This document shows positions 1 to 9,208 of a stretch of DNA of 64,000 nucleotides, in pieces (position 1 is the first letter of the stretch; every line of letters begins with the position of its first letter). The notes below the pieces were generated by a model. That model did not search any database, had not been told where the DNA came from, and was given only the letters and a program-made list of their open reading frames with translations. The DNA comes from a bacterium (lineage in GTDB: Bacteria > Hinthialibacterota > Hinthialibacteria > OLB16): contig JAJVIK010000008.1 of the NCBI GenBank assembly GCA_022072055.1, positions 296,111 through 360,110 on the forward strand. The letters are read 5' to 3'. The position numbers and the translations under genes were made by a program.

Positions 1-933
1 TTCGAAACGGCCGACTCGGTCTCTCACCGCTCCAGTAAAACTTCCCTTGACGTGGCCAAAAAACTCGCTTTCATAAAGTTCCCGGGGGATCGATGCACAA
101 TTGACCTTGATGAGGGGGCGGTTTGATCGCGAGCTGCGGCGGTGGATTTCGCGGGCAACCAATTCCTTTCCAGTTCCACTCTCACCCAGAATTAGAACGG
201 TGGAGTCGGTTGGCGCCACTAGATCGATCTGTTGCGCAATCGACTGAAGCGCGGGACTGTGACCGACCATTTCTCCGAAAGCATGCGTCTGTTGTACTTC
301 TTCCTGGAGATACTCGTTCTCGAGCTCTAATTGTTCACGCAGGGACTGAATCTCCTCCCACGCTCTCGCGTTCGCGATCGCCGAGGCGGCGTGATCGGCG
401 ATCATCCGCATCCAATCCAGACAGGCATCTCCGATGCGCGTTCGACTAAAGAGTCCGAGGACCCCCATCACTTCACCGCGATGAATTAAAGGTTGCCCTC
501 CGAAACCCCGCACGCCCTCGGCCTCCACCCAATCCGGCCGCGCTACCCACTCGCTTTCCACCGAGAGGTCCGGAACCTCGAGCGGCTGGCCGGTCGCGGC
601 AATCCGGCCCACTTTCCGAACACCGATCGGAAAGCGTCGAAAATCTCCATTCAGACGGCGACACCTGTCGTCCGGATCCACGATGGAGTTACCCGCTCCG
701 GCGACTAGATGAAGACAGAAAGACCGGTCGGGACACTCTTTGGCGAGCGGACAGGTTTCGCACCCTTCTCCGGGACGGATTAACCAAATTCGTGCCAGGA
801 CAACCTCCGGCGCCGCACTGAGTCGGGTGACGATAAGGTCGAGCAGACTTTCCAGGTGATGCTCCTGGGCCAAATCGAGTATTAGCCGCTTCGGGTCCGA
901 GAAGAGAGGAGACGTTTTGGGGAATTCGACCAT
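1..933 (-). CDS. sigma-54-dependent transcriptional activator (GAF sensor + AAA+ sigma54-interaction domain), 3' end off window
   Basis: Minus-strand translation from the ATG at 933 reads MVEFPKTSPLF...LIHRGEVMGVLGLF...GESGTGKELVARAIHRRS...KVNCASIPRELYESEFFGHVKGSFTGA. These are the Walker A and GAFTGA signatures of the EBP family. The frame runs past coordinate 1, so the partial gene is missing from the ORF track. Confidence 0.8.
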   Translation of the reverse strand, partial: MVEFPKTSPLFSDPKRLILDLAQEHHLESLLDLIVTRLSAAPEVVLARIWLIRPGEGCETCPLAKECPDRSFCLHLVAGAGNSIVDPDDRCRRLNGDFRRFPIGVRKVGRIAATGQPLEVPDLSVESEWVARPDWVEAEGVRGFGGQPLIHRGEVMGVLGLFSRTRIGDACLDWMRMIADHAASAIANARAWEEIQSLREQLELENEYLQEEVQQTHAFGEMVGHSPALQSIAQQIDLVAPTDSTVLILGESGTGKELVAREIHRRSSRSNRPLIKVNCASIPRELYESEFFGHVKGSFTGAVRDRVGRFE

Positions 934-1147
934 TCCCAAAGCTAACACGAAATATCGAGAAATGGCAACGAAACTCCGTTGTCCAACGAGACATCGTTGC
1001 GGATGAACCTCAAACGATGTGACTTTAACCAATTGTGACTATTGGACTTATCGGTCTCCTACATGGTTGGCACGAACCCCGCACTAATGGGAAGCAAGTC
1101 GGCCAGAGATTCCTGGCGGTCATCCAAAAAGAAAGTGGGAAAAACTC

Positions 1148-1732
1148 ATGAAGAGACTTCAAGCGATCTCAATCGACCAAGCGACCGGTAAAGCGAAGGA
1201 ACTCCTTTCGGGCGTCAAAGCAGAACTCGGTAGGCCTCCCAACCTCCTGCAGGTGATGGCCAACTCACCCGCCGTGTTGGACGCCTACCTCCGTTTCAGC
1301 GCGGCGCTCCAATCCGGCGAACTCTCGGCCAAAGACCGCGAACGCATCGCTCTCGCGGTGGGAGAAGCGAACGCGTGCGAGTACTGCCTTTCCGCTCACT
1401 CCGCGATTGCGAAAAGCGTGGGGCTGACCCCCGATCAGATTGTGTGCGCGAGGCAAGCGCGGCAAGAAGACTCCAGGACAGAGGCACTGCTTCGATTCGC
1501 CCGAGCCGTGGTGGACCACCGGGGCGAAGTATCCGACGAGTCTTTCGAGGCCGTACGGGGCGCGGGTTGGAGCGATGGAGAGATCGCCGAGGTCGTCGCG
1601 AACGTCGCTCTCAACATCTTTACCAACTACATCAACCACGTTGCGGGAACGGAGATTGATTTTCCGATTGCCCTCCCACTGGAAGCAACAAACTCGGGCT
1701 GTTGTTCTAAGGAAAGAGCTTGCGCGGCCTAA
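1148..1732 (+). CDS. carboxymuconolactone decarboxylase / AhpD-like peroxidase family protein
   Basis: 194-aa ORF with the CxxC motif (ANACEYCLSAHS) typical of AhpD/CMD-fold proteins. Confidence 0.7.
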   Translation: MKRLQAISIDQATGKAKELLSGVKAELGRPPNLLQVMANSPAVLDAYLRFSAALQSGELSAKDRERIALAVGEANACEYCLSAHSAIAKSVGLTPDQIVCARQARQEDSRTEALLRFARAVVDHRGEVSDESFEAVRGAGWSDGEIAEVVANVALNIFTNYINHVAGTEIDFPIALPLEATNSGCCSKERACAA

Positions 1733-1802
1733 GTCGTCATGCCGCGCCCAATGGAAGAGGAAGTCCCACCGGTTCGAACCATGAATTCAAGGAGAAAGAC
1801 AA

Positions 1803-2822
1803 ATGAGCCATTACCATACAAAGGCGATCGTCCTGTTCTTGTCGATCGCATCCTTCACATTCGCCCAGTCCGGGCTCTCGTCTCATGCCGCGCAGGCCGA
1901 CCCGGGAAACGGAGTCCGCTATAAGACTGTCGAGGTCCAAGGGCTCGATATTTTCTATCGCGAAGCCGGATCCAAAGACAATCCAACGCTGCTTCTGCTT
2001 CACGGCTTTCCGACCTCTTCGCATATGTTCCGTGATTTGATCCCCCGATTATCCGATCTCTTTCACCTTGTGGCGCCGGATTACCCCGGTTTCGGATACA
2101 GCTCCGCGCCGACTGTCAATGAGTTCGAATACTCCTTTGACAATCTTGCGGATTTGATGGAGAAGTTCACGGCCGCTGTGAGTTTGGAATCGTACAGCCT
2201 CTACCTGATGGATTACGGCGCGCCGATCGGGTTTCGTCTTGCGACCCGTCATCCTGAAAAGGTGGAATCCCTCATCATCCAAAATGGAAACGCCTACGAA
2301 GAGGGACTCCGCGAGTTCTGGGACCCGCTTCGGGCCTATTGGAAGGAGAAGACCGAAATCAACGCCGCGCCATTGAGAGACTTGCTTACAATGGAAGCCA
2401 CAAAGTGGCAGTACACTCAAGGGGTAGGCGACATCGAGAGGATCAGCCCGGACACGTGGGGGCATGTCCAACCGCTCCTGGAGCGTCCCGGAAATAGAGC
2501 GATTCAACTGGAACTGTTTTATAGTTACGGTTCCAATCCGCCACTCTATCCGATTTGGCAAGCGTACTTTAGAAAGTATCAGCCGCCGACTCTGGTCGTG
2601 TGGGGGAAGAACGATCCGATCTTTCCCGCCGAAGGGGCGTACCCGTACAAGCGGGATCTCCAAAATATCGAATTCCATCTGTTGGATACCGGACATTTCG
2701 CGCTTGAAGAGGATGGCGATTTCATCGCCCAAGCCATTCGCCGCTTCCTCGTGAACGGGCCTGAACAGGGTCAGGCGCCAGGTAACCAACGAGATCAAAC
2801 GGCGCGGAAAGATTACCAATGA
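1803..2822 (+). CDS. secreted alpha/beta-hydrolase fold protein (haloalkane dehalogenase/epoxide hydrolase-like)
   Basis: N-terminal signal-like segment and an [10 protein letters not shown]...[10 protein letters not shown] oxyanion/nucleophile-elbow region. 339 aa. Confidence 0.75.
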   Translation: MSHYHTKAIVLFLSIASFTFAQSGLSSHAAQADPGNGVRYKTVEVQGLDIFYREAGSKDNPTLLLLHGFPTSSHMFRDLIPRLSDLFHLVAPDYPGFGYSSAPTVNEFEYSFDNLADLMEKFTAAVSLESYSLYLMDYGAPIGFRLATRHPEKVESLIIQNGNAYEEGLREFWDPLRAYWKEKTEINAAPLRDLLTMEATKWQYTQGVGDIERISPDTWGHVQPLLERPGNRAIQLELFYSYGSNPPLYPIWQAYFRKYQPPTLVVWGKNDPIFPAEGAYPYKRDLQNIEFHLLDTGHFALEEDGDFIAQAIRRFLVNGPEQGQAPGNQRDQTARKDYQ

Positions 2823-3619
2823 ACGAAAGGAGAACTATCATGAATCTCAATACAAAAACGGCTATCGTCACCGGCGCCGGAAGTGGTATCGGATTGGCCG
2901 TCGCGGAGACTTTTGTTGGGGAAGGAATCAATGTCGTTCTCAATGGCCGCACTGTCGACAAACTGGCGCGGGCCGCCGCCCAGATCGATCAACCCGGTCG
3001 ACTCGCGATCGTCGGGGGCGACATTACACGACCCGAGACCGCCGAGCGTCTAGTTGATGCGGCGGTTGGGCGCTTCGGCCGAGTCGACATCCTCGTGAAC
3101 AACGCGGGAATCTTTCACACCAAATCCTTCACGGAGTATACGGTCGAGGAGCTGGATCTTTTTCTCGGCTATCTGCGTGGGACATTTGTCCTTTCTCAAG
3201 CCGTCGTGCGTCAGATGCGGGCGCGGGGCGAGGGCGGCGTGATCGTCAACATCGGCACGATCCTAACCTCCAACGGTGTTCACGGCGTTCCTTCGAGCGC
3301 CCCCATCGCAGCCAAAGGGGGGATCACCGCGCTCACCAAGAACTTATCGGTCGAACTGGCGAGCGAGGGAATCCGCATTAACGCGGTCGCACCGGGTGTG
3401 GTTCCCACACCGCTTTACGGAGAATTGACCGGTGAACAACTCCAATCTCTAAACCACATGCAACCGCTGGGCCGTTACGGAACTCCGCAGGACATCGCCG
3501 ACGCGGTTCTTTACCTCGTGAAAGCGAGTTGGGTAACCGGCGTCATCCTACCGGTCGATGGCGGTGTCGACGCGGGCGGCGACGGCGCCTACCATGGCGC
3601 GCGCGAAAACGCTGGATGA
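2819..3619 (+). CDS. SDR family NAD(P)-dependent oxidoreductase
   Basis: TGAGSGIG Rossmann motif and NNAG. ATGA overlap with the upstream gene. Confidence 0.85.
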   Translation: MNERRTIMNLNTKTAIVTGAGSGIGLAVAETFVGEGINVVLNGRTVDKLARAAAQIDQPGRLAIVGGDITRPETAERLVDAAVGRFGRVDILVNNAGIFHTKSFTEYTVEELDLFLGYLRGTFVLSQAVVRQMRARGEGGVIVNIGTILTSNGVHGVPSSAPIAAKGGITALTKNLSVELASEGIRINAVAPGVVPTPLYGELTGEQLQSLNHMQPLGRYGTPQDIADAVLYLVKASWVTGVILPVDGGVDAGGDGAYHGARENAG

Positions 3620-3861
3620 CAGCCGTCGCCGGCCATCGGCTTGCGGAGGATATGCTGTATACAGTCGCCTCCCTGCCGCGAGTAGACTGCGAGGGAGGCC
3701 CTCCGTGTCCTTTTGCCGAGGACGTCGATGCGGCCAAGGAGAAGAAGGAGGACGTATTGAGATGCCATCTCCCCTTGCACTATCAGTACTTGTAACCCTT
3801 TGCCCGCCTGAAGCATGTTCGCTTCAGCCTTACCCCATCCAGGCCGACACAGCTGTGTGGG

Positions 3862-4674
3862 ATGGGGGGAACGGCGCAGCCTGTCGAAACACTGCTTGAA
3901 GGTTTGGACCGGAGCCACCTGCGGCGGCAAGAAGTCGAGCAGGTCCTGGCCCAGGGCGCCGAGGCCATCATCTACCTCAATCTGACCCTGTCCGCGCGAC
4001 TGAGAGACCTCCAAGCCGCCCATCCGATTGCGCCCAGCACCCCCTCCAGCCAAATCCCTTCCTTCAAGAAACCCAACTCCGCCACGCGGCGCAAGAAATC
4101 CCCCGGACGCAAACCCGGCCACGAAGGCGCACGGCGTGCGAAGCCGATGCGCATCGAGCGCACCAAAGAGCACACCCTGGAGCGCTGCCCCGAATGCGGC
4201 GGTCCGGTCGCTCCACCCTCCGAGAAACGCTCCCGCGTCATCGAGGACATCCCCGTCGTCCAACCCGAAACCATCGAACACATCATCCCGCGCTGCTATT
4301 GCTCCAATTGCCGCAAACTCGTCGAACCGATCGTGCCCGACGCCATGTCCCAGGCGCGACTCGGTCATCGCGTCGTGGCCCTCTCCGCCTGGCTCCACTA
4401 CGGTCTCGGCAACTCCCTCTCGCAGATCACCGAGGTCCTCAACTCGCATCTCCAGATCAAGATCAACCCCGGCGTGCTCATGCGCAAGAACTCCTTTCAT
4501 AACATGAGCGCCGATGGCGCGACCACTCAGGCCGTCCTCATGACTCTCTACCGCACACTCAAGTTGCGCGGGCGCGATCCCATCGAGACCCTCGTCTCCT
4601 CTCTCCGACGTTACCTCTCCGACAATTTCTCCCTCCCACCCCTCCCAACCGTCAACATCCCTTCAGACGGGTAA
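3862..4674 (+). pseudogene. IS66-family transposase, N-terminal fragment only (truncated remnant)
   Basis: 270 aa with a CPECGG zinc-finger region and IPRCYCSNCRKLVEPIVPDAMSQARLGHRVVALSAWLHYGLGNSLSQI, matching the IS66 TnpC N-terminal/zf/HTH region. A stop follows after about 270 aa, against about 500 aa for intact proteins. No DDE core or tnpA/tnpB is present. Confidence 0.55.
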
Positions 4675-4874
4675 AGGGTTGCAATCGCAGATGGAATCGC
4701 GGGGGGACGTAATGTGTTCCCCTGGAATTGTCTTTTCCAAGAGGCGATCTTCACCCGTGCGCTTGAAGGGGCGTGGGCAATGAGAGGTGTAGGGGGTGTG
4801 GCATGGGAGAGGGATACCGGTCGATGCGGCACTCCATCAAAGACTGATGTGCGTGCGGATCGACTGGGAGATAA

Positions 4875-7313
4875 TCATACGTTGCGTTTTCCTAGGTCCT
4901 TCAAGAGTTGCCCGAAGCCCGTCAGCAATTCGCCGAACTTCTCGGCGGTCGCTTCATCGGGCAGAGAGAATCGGAGCTCAGGCGCTCCCGTTTGCTCCAT
5001 CCGAGCAAGTATATTCGCGAGCGGCAAGGCCGCGACGTTCGGCTTGGAAGGCTCGGCTTGCATCACCTGACCGAGTTTGCCGAGGAATTCGATTCCAGCC
5101 GATATCAACTCGCTCCAGATTTGTTGCTGGGGCACGGGGCTCGGAGCCTGACTTTCCATTTCCTCGGTCGAGGGGTCGGTACTAAGGCTGACATCCCCGT
5201 CCACGTCGGGTGTGGATTCCCGGACGGGAATCGATTCGGACACCTTTTCCACGGTTTCCATGAATCTCTTCATCTTGACGTCGCCGAGGAATACGTTGCT
5301 CTCTCCCCCATCCAAAACTCCCTCGAACATCGCCGATTTGAATTTGAGGACGCCTAACATGCCGTGTTCGATACTTCCTTTCGATATGAAATGGTGAACC
5401 TGAACATGGCGATGTTGCCCGAGGCGATGAACACGCCCGACGCGCTGTTCGAGAACGGCCGGGTTCCAGGGCTGGTCCATGTTGATGACGACAGAGGCCA
5501 TCTGCAGGTTCAGTCCCACTCCACCCGAATCGGTGCAGAGCAGGATGCGGCAACCGGGGTCCTTCTTGAACTGTTCGATGGCCTGTTTGCGCTGCTTGTT
5601 ATCGAGCGAACCATTGTAGTAGCTATAAGGTCGTTTTTCCCCTTCCAACCTGCGGATTAAGAGCTCATGGGTTCCCAGCCATTGGCTGAAGATGACGACC
5701 TTGTTTTCCTCGAATTCGAGGATGTCGTCGAGCAGGATGGCGCACTCGTCCATCTTCGGCCCGTGGTCGGTGACTTTGTCGATCAGATAGGTGCTGTTGG
5801 CCGCCATCCGCATGTACTGAAGCGCGATCATCAGTTTTCGCTTCTCCTGCTCGGTGAGGAACCCTTTGCGGCGCCACTTGGCGACGATATGCGCCACGAT
5901 TTCCCGGTTTTCTTCGTGGATTGCCCGCTGCTGATCTGTCATCTCGAAGAAATAGTGTTTGTCGGTGCGTTCAGGCAATTCCTGGAGCACCTCCTTCTTG
6001 CGTCGCCTGAGCAATACGGGAGACAGCGTCTCTTGAATCCGGTGGAGGTTCCGGTAACCTACGACTTTCCCGGCCTCGTCGGTTTCCTGGTGGTTGCTTA
6101 AGAAACGAAACAAAGGACCGAGGCGGTCGCGGTCGACAAACTCCATGATCGAATGCAGCTCCGCGAGTCGGTTTTCGAGCGGAGTTCCTGTCAGGACGAT
6201 GGCATAATTCGAGCTGATCTTCTTGATCGTTTGCGCGCGGCGGGTTTCCCAGTTCTTGATCCGTTGTGCCTCATCCAAAATGACGACATCCGGATTCCAG
6301 CGGCTAATGGGGTCCAAGTCCCGGTGAACGATTTCGTAGTTGACGATCTTGTACGAGTGATCCTCACGGTACAGATCGCGCCGGGTGACGTACGAACCTT
6401 CAACGACTGCCGCGGTCCGATCGGTGAAACGCAAGATTTCCTCCAACCACTGATGCTTGAGCGCGCTAGGGCACACAACCAACACCCGGTCGGCACCGAC
6501 CGTTTTTGCCAAAATCTCTACGGCGGCGATCGATTGGATCGTCTTGCCTAAACCCATGTCGTCTGCCAGAAGACATCGCCCCACCTTGGCTGCGAAAAGC
6601 GCTCCCCGTTGTTGATACGGATAAAGTTCGACTTTTAAGAGCTTGTCGAATCCTCGTATGGAGCCATTGCTCCGGAATTCCTTATCGATTCTCGAGCGAC
6701 GATTCTCGTCGTCGCGCAGGCGAGCGATAAAATCCAATGCGTCGTCGTAGATCCGAATCTCGTGTTCGGAGGCGGAGGCGGCCCGGACAAACTTTTCGAA
6801 CTCGAAGGCGGTCTCTTCGCGAAAATCTCCTTCACATCCAAAGAATCGTTCGGCTAGAGGTCGCATGGGGGGAGGGAATTCTGATCCGGCTTGAAAACGG
6901 ACTCGGCGCCTGGCCCCGTATTGTAAGAACACTTCCGAAAAGGGCGGGCGAAATCCCTTCTTAAATGCGGCTTTGGCGCCTCGCTTCCGATGCAGTTTGG
7001 CGAGCAACCATTCGATGTGTTTACAGGTTCCGAGTGTGTTGACTGCGAAGTCCGGACAAGAGCAGAAGTTCGTTCCCAGTTCCATCCCACGGACCGCCAC
7101 ACGGTATGTTCGGCCACTCGCGGGATTGGTCACCGCGAATTCGGAGAAGATCGGTTCCTTCCCCAAGTTCTTGAAATCAAACCTCTGTTCGACGGCGTAC
7201 TCACGACGCAGCGCGATCTGCCACTCCTCGAGTGACATCTCTTTGGGCTTGCGTGTGCGCGGAGTGCGTTTGGGGGTCTGCTTCACCCTCCTGCGCATTG
7301 GCTTCTTTCCCAT
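4875..7313 (-). CDS. SNF2-family helicase/ATPase with N-terminal SWIM zinc finger
   Basis: FCSCPDFAVNTLGTCKHIEWLL (SWIM CxC...CxH), LADDMGLGKTIQ (Walker A), VILDEAQRIKN (DEAQ box), helicase-C region. 812 aa. Confidence 0.85.
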   Translation of the reverse strand: MGKKPMRRRVKQTPKRTPRTRKPKEMSLEEWQIALRREYAVEQRFDFKNLGKEPIFSEFAVTNPASGRTYRVAVRGMELGTNFCSCPDFAVNTLGTCKHIEWLLAKLHRKRGAKAAFKKGFRPPFSEVFLQYGARRRVRFQAGSEFPPPMRPLAERFFGCEGDFREETAFEFEKFVRAASASEHEIRIYDDALDFIARLRDDENRRSRIDKEFRSNGSIRGFDKLLKVELYPYQQRGALFAAKVGRCLLADDMGLGKTIQSIAAVEILAKTVGADRVLVVCPSALKHQWLEEILRFTDRTAAVVEGSYVTRRDLYREDHSYKIVNYEIVHRDLDPISRWNPDVVILDEAQRIKNWETRRAQTIKKISSNYAIVLTGTPLENRLAELHSIMEFVDRDRLGPLFRFLSNHQETDEAGKVVGYRNLHRIQETLSPVLLRRRKKEVLQELPERTDKHYFFEMTDQQRAIHEENREIVAHIVAKWRRKGFLTEQEKRKLMIALQYMRMAANSTYLIDKVTDHGPKMDECAILLDDILEFEENKVVIFSQWLGTHELLIRRLEGEKRPYSYYNGSLDNKQRKQAIEQFKKDPGCRILLCTDSGGVGLNLQMASVVINMDQPWNPAVLEQRVGRVHRLGQHRHVQVHHFISKGSIEHGMLGVLKFKSAMFEGVLDGGESNVFLGDVKMKRFMETVEKVSESIPVRESTPDVDGDVSLSTDPSTEEMESQAPSPVPQQQIWSELISAGIEFLGKLGQVMQAEPSKPNVAALPLANILARMEQTGAPELRFSLPDEATAEKFGELLTGFGQLLKDLGKRNV

Positions 7314-7629
7314 GGGTCATCCCGCTCCGATGTCAACGAATCGCCTCAAGGTCTAGGGTCGAGATCTTACCGGAATGGAAGCTCGGATTCGAGCGTCCGC
7401 CTTGCTTTCGAAAACAGGAATCGGATAGGAGATTGTCCTGCCCTTCGCCAGTTGGGCTCTTCGTCTTTGGTCAGTGCAATTCTGGTTCAACTTGGTCTTT
7501 CCCAAACGTGGCTTTTGCGCGGTGGAGGGGTGGTGGGAACGTGGCTCTGGTTTCGATTCATTTGGGAAACCTCGATTGTTCGAGGAAATGGAGTGGCTTC
7601 TGGAGGCCCAGATCCGCTTCCCAAGCCGA

Positions 7630-7662
7630 GGGTCGCGGGTTCGAGCCCCGTTTCCCGCTCCA
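7630..7662 (+). other. tRNA-like 3' fragment (variable loop + T-arm + 3' acceptor strand + encoded CCA); no convincing 5' half
   Basis: GGGTC-GCGGG-TTCGAGC-CCCGT-TTCCCGC-T-CCA closely parallels the 3' half of a tRNA-Asp-type gene (GGGTCGCGGGTTCGAGTCCCGT...CCA). No matching 5' acceptor, D-arm or anticodon arm could be folded within 75-90 nt upstream. A possible 5' partner, GTGGGAA at 7534-7540, would give a 129-nt molecule. Confidence 0.35.
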
Positions 7663-7816
7663 GCCCGCCGCAGCCCCGACCCTCCCTGATCGCTTCCGTG
7701 CGTATCGCCCAATTCACTCGTCCCTCCTGCCAGACCTGTTCCGTGATACAATGCTCTCGTGGCTAAGAAGGATTGGCCACATTTCAAGCCGATATCGCCA
7801 TGAGGAGTTATGCCAG

Positions 7817-8467
7817 ATGTCAAGCGCAGTGGACGGAAATCAGGTTATGGGGGATAGCTCATCGCCTGATGTTTCCAGCGACGGGAGCGATGAGAGGGGC
7901 TTTACAGAGGATGTCGGCGAGCACGAGTTGAGAATCCTTCAAGCCCTTCGCCGAATCATGAGGGCCATCGACCTTCATTCCAGGAATCTGCTTGCGAACC
8001 ACAGAATCACGGGACCCCAGCTGATCACTCTGCTGGCGGTGTTCGAGCGAGGACCCCTGACATCGGCGGAAATAGCGCGCCGGATCCATCTAAGTCCAAG
8101 CACGATGGTGGGAATTCTTGATCGGCTGGAGGAGAAGGCGCTGATCCGACGTGTTCGCCACGAGGAGGATCGACGGAGGATCCTCATTCACCTGACCGAG
8201 AACGGCAGAGAATTATTGAAGAGGGCGCCCTCACCTCTTCAGAGCAGACTTGCCCAAGCGCTATCATCTTTGAGCAGCCTTGAGACGTCCACCATCGCCC
8301 GTTCGCTGGAGCGTGTGGTTGAGCTTATGGGGGCCAGCGCGCTGGATGCGGCCCCGATGTTGGTCTCGGGTCCGATTCGGGAGCAGAATGCCGATCCCCA
8401 ACCGGATCACCCTCGCGCCGCCGGGGACTGTCCGGAAGTGATCCATTCGGAGATGTCCCACATGTGA
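7817..8467 (+). CDS. ectR: MarR-family transcriptional regulator (EctR-like, upstream of ectABCD)
   Basis: wHTH region LRILQALRRIMRAIDLHSRNLLANHRITGPQLITLLAVF...LTSAEIARRIHLSPSTMVGILDRLEEKALIRRVRHEEDRRR. It sits immediately upstream of ectA, as EctR does in methylotrophs. The track ORF from 7232 is most likely an artefactual N-terminal extension. Confidence 0.7.
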   Translation: MSSAVDGNQVMGDSSSPDVSSDGSDERGFTEDVGEHELRILQALRRIMRAIDLHSRNLLANHRITGPQLITLLAVFERGPLTSAEIARRIHLSPSTMVGILDRLEEKALIRRVRHEEDRRRILIHLTENGRELLKRAPSPLQSRLAQALSSLSSLETSTIARSLERVVELMGASALDAAPMLVSGPIREQNADPQPDHPRAAGDCPEVIHSEMSHM

Positions 8468-8590
8468 ACCACTCCCCTGAATTCCTCGAGAATAGAACCT
8501 ACCTGGATACTCTCCCCCTGTCTTGCTTCATCGTAACCTCCCGATGCCCCTTGTCTTGCGCCCAATTGAGTGAATTCCACCGGCTTGATG

Positions 8591-8619
8591 TTGACAAACT
8601 TCAGGGTTGGAAATATGAT
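8591..8619 (+). promoter_or_regulatory. near-consensus sigma70 promoter for ectA: TTGACA-17 nt-TATGAT, with an overlapping ATGAT...ATCAT pseudo-palindrome (candidate EctR operator)
   Basis: TTGACA at 8591-8596, a 17-nt spacer, TATGAT at 8614-8619. Downstream, ATGATTGGTGTACATATCAT is an imperfect inverted repeat that overlaps the -10 element. Confidence 0.5.
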
Positions 8620-8668
8620 TGGTGTACATATCATTTGTGTCGCAGTCAGATCACCTCAAAGGATAAGT

Positions 8669-9208
8669 GTGATTAGCGAACGAAATTCCATTCGTCTCAG
8701 GAAACCTGCCCTAAGCGATGGGCCCCGAATCTGGAGGCTGGTCCGGTCCTGCAGGAACATGGACCTGAACTCCTTGTATTCATATCTCCTTCTTTGCAGC
8801 CACTTCCGGAACACCTGTGTCGTGGCGGAGGCCGATTCGGAGATCGTGGGGTTTGTCTCCGCCTATAAACCTCCCAATGAAAGGGGGGTCCTGTTTGTGT
8901 GGCAGATTGTGGTGAGGGAAGAATCCAGGGGGCGGGGGCTGGCCAAGCGGATGCTGGCCCAAATCCTCCGCTCATCCTCCTGCGGGAACATCCGCTATCT
9001 GAAAACAACGGTTTCGCCTGCCAACCAAGCCTCCAAAGCCCTGTTTCTTTCGATGGCCAGAGAGCTGGGAGCGGCTTGCGCCGAGGAGCCGTTGTTTCCC
9101 GCTGACCTTTTCGAAGATCAAGCGCACGAGGAGGAGAACCTGCTGCTCATCGGGCCATTCAACGACCACAAAGCGCGTCGAAAGGAGGGAAAAGATGAGG
9201 GTCCATGA
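8669..9208 (+). CDS. ectA: L-2,4-diaminobutyrate acetyltransferase
   Basis: IRLRKPALSDGPRIWRLVRSCRNMDLNSLYSYLLLCSHFRNTCVVAE...EIVGFVSAYKPP matches EctA. Start assigned to the GTG at 8669, which is preceded by AAAGGA (SD). The ATG at 8570 lies upstream of or inside the predicted promoter. Confidence 0.8.
   Translation: MISERNSIRLRKPALSDGPRIWRLVRSCRNMDLNSLYSYLLLCSHFRNTCVVAEADSEIVGFVSAYKPPNERGVLFVWQIVVREESRGRGLAKRMLAQILRSSSCGNIRYLKTTVSPANQASKALFLSMARELGAACAEEPLFPADLFEDQAHEEENLLLIGPFNDHKARRKEGKDEGP

Noticed and set aside
3589-4500. 303-aa minus-strand ORF overlapping the IS66-like fragment
   Set aside because: Low-complexity Ala/Gly/Arg-rich translation antisense to a recognisable transposase fragment. 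This is a typical high-GC antisense artefact.
7590-7662. Attempt to fold a complete 73-nt tRNA using acceptor GGAGTGG (7590-7596) / CCGCTCC (7655-7661)
   Set aside because: The acceptor pairs well, but the T-arm then cannot sit immediately 5' of it (3-nt offset), and the anticodon stem has a C-C mismatch. It was kept only as a 3' fragment call, pending covariance-model search.
7232-7816. N-terminal ~195-aa extension of the MarR ORF in the track (start 7232)
   Set aside because: The extension is Cys/Trp/Arg-rich nonsense that covers the tRNA-like element and the divergent promoter region. The MarR wHTH begins after the ATG at 7817.
7534-7900. tmRNA (ssrA) hypothesis for the tRNA-like region
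   Set aside because: The 5' segment loosely resembles tmRNA (GG.TTCGA), but no tag-peptide reading frame ending in ...LAA was found. The tRNA-like 3' end comes only ~130 nt after the putative 5' end, where ~350 nt would be expected.
8570-8668. Upstream ATG start for ectA
   Set aside because: It would place the start codon upstream of and overlapping the consensus -35/-10 promoter (8591-8619). The GTG at 8669 with an AAAGGA SD gives an EctA of typical length (~179 aa).
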